From Candidatus Eiseniibacteriota bacterium (GTDB lineage: Bacteria > Eisenbacteria > RBG-16-71-46), in NCBI GenBank assembly GCA_044222065.1, contig JBGAOA010000005.1:1-64000 (forward strand): 64,000 nt of DNA, written 5' to 3'. Below are positions 61,841 through 64,000 of the stretch, one piece after another. The stretch's first letter is position 1; every line of letters begins with the position of its first letter. The notes under the pieces were generated by a model, which saw only the letters and a list, made by a program, of their open reading frames with translations, made no database searches and had not been told where the DNA came from. The translations under genes were made by a program, and so were the position numbers.

Positions 61841-64000
61841 TCATGGCTCGGGTCCCGGTTCAGCGGGGCTATACGCGCCGAGAACCCCCGGTCCGCCGAG
61901 CGCGACGAAGCCGGCCCAGTCGAGCGGATGCTCGCCGGCGCCGGATGCCTCCGCCTGAACCCGGGCGAGTCCCTGGGCCGGGGATCGGCCGGCGCGAAGC
62001 TGCCCGTACAACCCGGCCATGAGGCGGCCCGCCGCGGCGTCCTCGACGTCCCACTGCGCCGCGACCACGGCCCCTGCCCCCGAGAGCAGAAGCGTGCGGG
62101 CGAGTCCGAACCACTCCTCGCCCGGCCGCACGAGCGCGCGCGCCGTCTGGCAGGCCGAGAGCGTGATCCAGCGCGCGCTCCAGACGACGGAGCCCAGCTC
62201 GGCCGCGGGCAGCCAGCGATCGGCGAGCCGCAGCCCCGACAGCTGCGGGGCGGCGGCCTCGTAGGCGCCGTGTCCGGCGAAGTGGATCCACTCGGCCGCG
62301 GGGCCGAGTTCGAGGAACCGGCCGGCCGTCGCGTCCGCGCCTTCGAGTCGGCGCGCGGCGGGGAAGAGCCGCTGCAGCGCCTGCACCTCCTCGCGCACCG
62401 CGGGCAGGTCGGCGTCCGCGCCGGCCACGATGAGCGGCGCCGCCGTCGGCCGGGTCGCCCGCTTCGGCGCGAGTCCGAGCCGCAGCCCGGGAACGATCGC
62501 GAGCGTCGAGGCCGCGGCGAGCGGACGCCCGTCGGGAAGCGGCAGCGCCGCCCACGGAACTCGTGCGAGCGCGGCCGTCGGCGCGATGCAGAGTGCTTCC
62601 GGCGCGCGCCCCGCGAGCGCCGGCCACAGCACGAGCGCGGCGAGCCGTTCGAGGTCGTCGCGCGTCGCGCGATCGGCCGCGCGCGCGTCGCGTTCGAGGT
62701 GCGCGGCGCTGCGCAACGAGAAGAGCAGGTCGTGCACCGCGCGCTGGAGGCGCGCCTCCGAGACGAGGCCGCGCATGGCGGCGAAGCCGCGCGCGTCGGC
62801 GCGGATCGCGGCGAGCCCTCCGTCGGCGACGAGGTAGTCGAGCAGCACGGTTTCGCCCGGGAGCGCGCGGCGGATGGCCGACGCCGTGACGCGCTCGGGG
62901 AGCCGACGCGCGAGCGCGCGCTCGAGGTTCGCGGGCAGCGCGGCCGGGGCTTCGGCCGTCTCGGCGCGAGTTCCGCGCGAACGATCGCGCACCGCGCGCG
63001 AGGCCGCCCATTCGCGCACGCGTCGCTCGAGCGCACGGCCCGGAGCGAGGCGGGCGCGGGAAGCGAGCAGCGAACGGCCGCGCCCCGCCTCGAGCGCTTC
63101 GATCGCCGCCTCGACGCGGCCTTCGCCGAGCTCGAGCGCCGCGAGCGCGCGGTGGGGCCAGCCCCACTCGCCCCAGAACGAGGCGCGCCAGTGTTCGTCG
63201 AGGATGCGGGCGGCGAGCCGCTCGGACTCGCGCGCCGCGAGCACGAGCGCGCGCCGCGCGCGCACGTCGCCGCGCGCCGGGCGAGCGCCGCGCGCGCCGA
63301 GCGCGAGGTGCAGCGCCCGCGGCGAGGGCCGCGTGCCGAGCCGGCGATCGAGACGGCGCACGGTCTCGGCCGCGCCGCGAACGTCGCCGGCCGCGAGCCG
63401 CGAGCGGGCGAGCAGCGCGAGCGCCGCGGCCTCGCGCTCGCGGGCGGACGCGCTGCGGAAATGGAGCGCCGCCGCGCGCAGCAGCGCCGCGGCCGCGAGC
63501 GGCTGGCGCGCCGCGTCCCACACGGTCGCGAGTCCGACGAGCGCTTCGCCCGTCCACACCGCGTTGCCCTCGGCGTGGAACGCCTCGATCGCGCGCTCGA
63601 GCCGGCGCGCCGCGGCGGCGGGACGGCCGACGCGATGCTCGGCGAGCGCTGCGAACACTTCGGCCTTCGCCAGTTCGTAGCGCAGCCCGAGGGATTCGCA
63701 GCGACGGATCGCCTCGGCCGCTTCGTCGAGCGTCTCCTCGTGCGCGCCGAGCCGCACGAAGATCTCGGCGCGGTCGAGCCGCGCGAGCGCCGCGAGCGAC
63801 GGGTAGCCGCGCGCCTCGGCGTCTTCGCCCGTGCGCTCGAGCGCCTCGAGCGCGCGCTCCGGGCGCTGTTCGAGGAACTCGAGGTAGGCGAGGTTGTAGG
63901 ACGCGCGCAGCGCGTCGAGCGGGCGCTTCGCGCGCTCCGCCTCGGCGCTCGCCCGCTCGTAGTGCGTGCGGGCCTCGGCACAGCGTCCGAGCAGCGCGAG
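61841..64000 (-). CDS. TPR and CHAT (caspase-like) domain protein; the 5' end lies outside the window
   Basis: The frame is open to the window edge. TPR-like helices; CHAT dyad motifs IHFAGHG and LSACQT, plus AQWDVED and HPLDWAGF. Confidence 0.88.
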   Translation of the reverse strand, partial: LALLGRCAEARTHYERASAEAERAKRPLDALRASYNLAYLEFLEQRPERALEALERTGEDAEARGYPSLAALARLDRAEIFVRLGAHEETLDEAAEAIRRCESLGLRYELAKAEVFAALAEHRVGRPAAAARRLERAIEAFHAEGNAVWTGEALVGLATVWDAARQPLAAAALLRAAALHFRSASAREREAAALALLARSRLAAGDVRGAAETVRRLDRRLGTRPSPRALHLALGARGARPARGDVRARRALVLAARESERLAARILDEHWRASFWGEWGWPHRALAALELGEGRVEAAIEALEAGRGRSLLASRARLAPGRALERRVREWAASRAVRDRSRGTRAETAEAPAALPANLERALARRLPERVTASAIRRALPGETVLLDYLVADGGLAAIRADARGFAAMRGLVSEARLQRAVHDLLFSLRSAAHLERDARAADRATRDDLERLAALVLWPALAGRAPEALCIAPTAALARVPWAALPLPDGRPLAAASTLAIVPGLRLGLAPKRATRPTAAPLIVAGADADLPAVREEVQALQRLFPAARRLEGADATAGRFLELGPAAEWIHFAGHGAYEAAAPQLSGLRLADRWLPAAELGSVVWSARWITLSACQTARALVRPGEEWFGLARTLLLSGAGAVVAAQWDVEDAAAGRLMAGLYGQLRAGRSPAQGLARVQAEASGAGEHPLDWAGFVALGGPGVLGAYSPAEPGPEP

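Overview
Very GC-rich bacterial chromosomal segment. Three exported proteins with C-terminal FlgD-Ig/T9SS-type sorting domains, a PorV-like gene and LpxH suggest a diderm FCB-superphylum organism, perhaps Candidatus Eisenbacteria-like (inference). Most of the window is housekeeping or envelope genes: hsp20-lon, a GH1 glycosidase, an MFS transporter, a squalene/phytoene synthase, a heme A/O and A1-type cytochrome c oxidase cluster, initiator tRNA-Met, eno-ftsB, an ECF sigma/anti-sigma operon, rlmN with an NtrY/NtrX-like pair, ppx, lpxH, degP, an amidase, a tandem nucleotidase, lpdA, PP2C, a subtilase and a CHAT protein. The most unusual locus is about 40.87-48.7 kb. In order it has a long leader hairpin, a small secreted protein, a 1028-aa TPR-GAF-AAA+ sigma54 activator, an AT-rich IHF-like tract and a canonical sigma54 promoter. 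These are followed by about 340 nt with no credible ORF that folds into three long plus-strand hairpins, then a second sigma54 promoter ahead of an exported-protein operon. This looks like a candidate peptide-sensing sigma54 circuit that controls a structured ncRNA. Other notes: a 121-bp MITE-like element supplies a stop codon, many genes look leaderless, one cox gene may start at ACG, and an outer-membrane gene is frameshifted. No CRISPR array, rRNA or transposase was seen. Product calls come from motifs read by eye, not from database searches.
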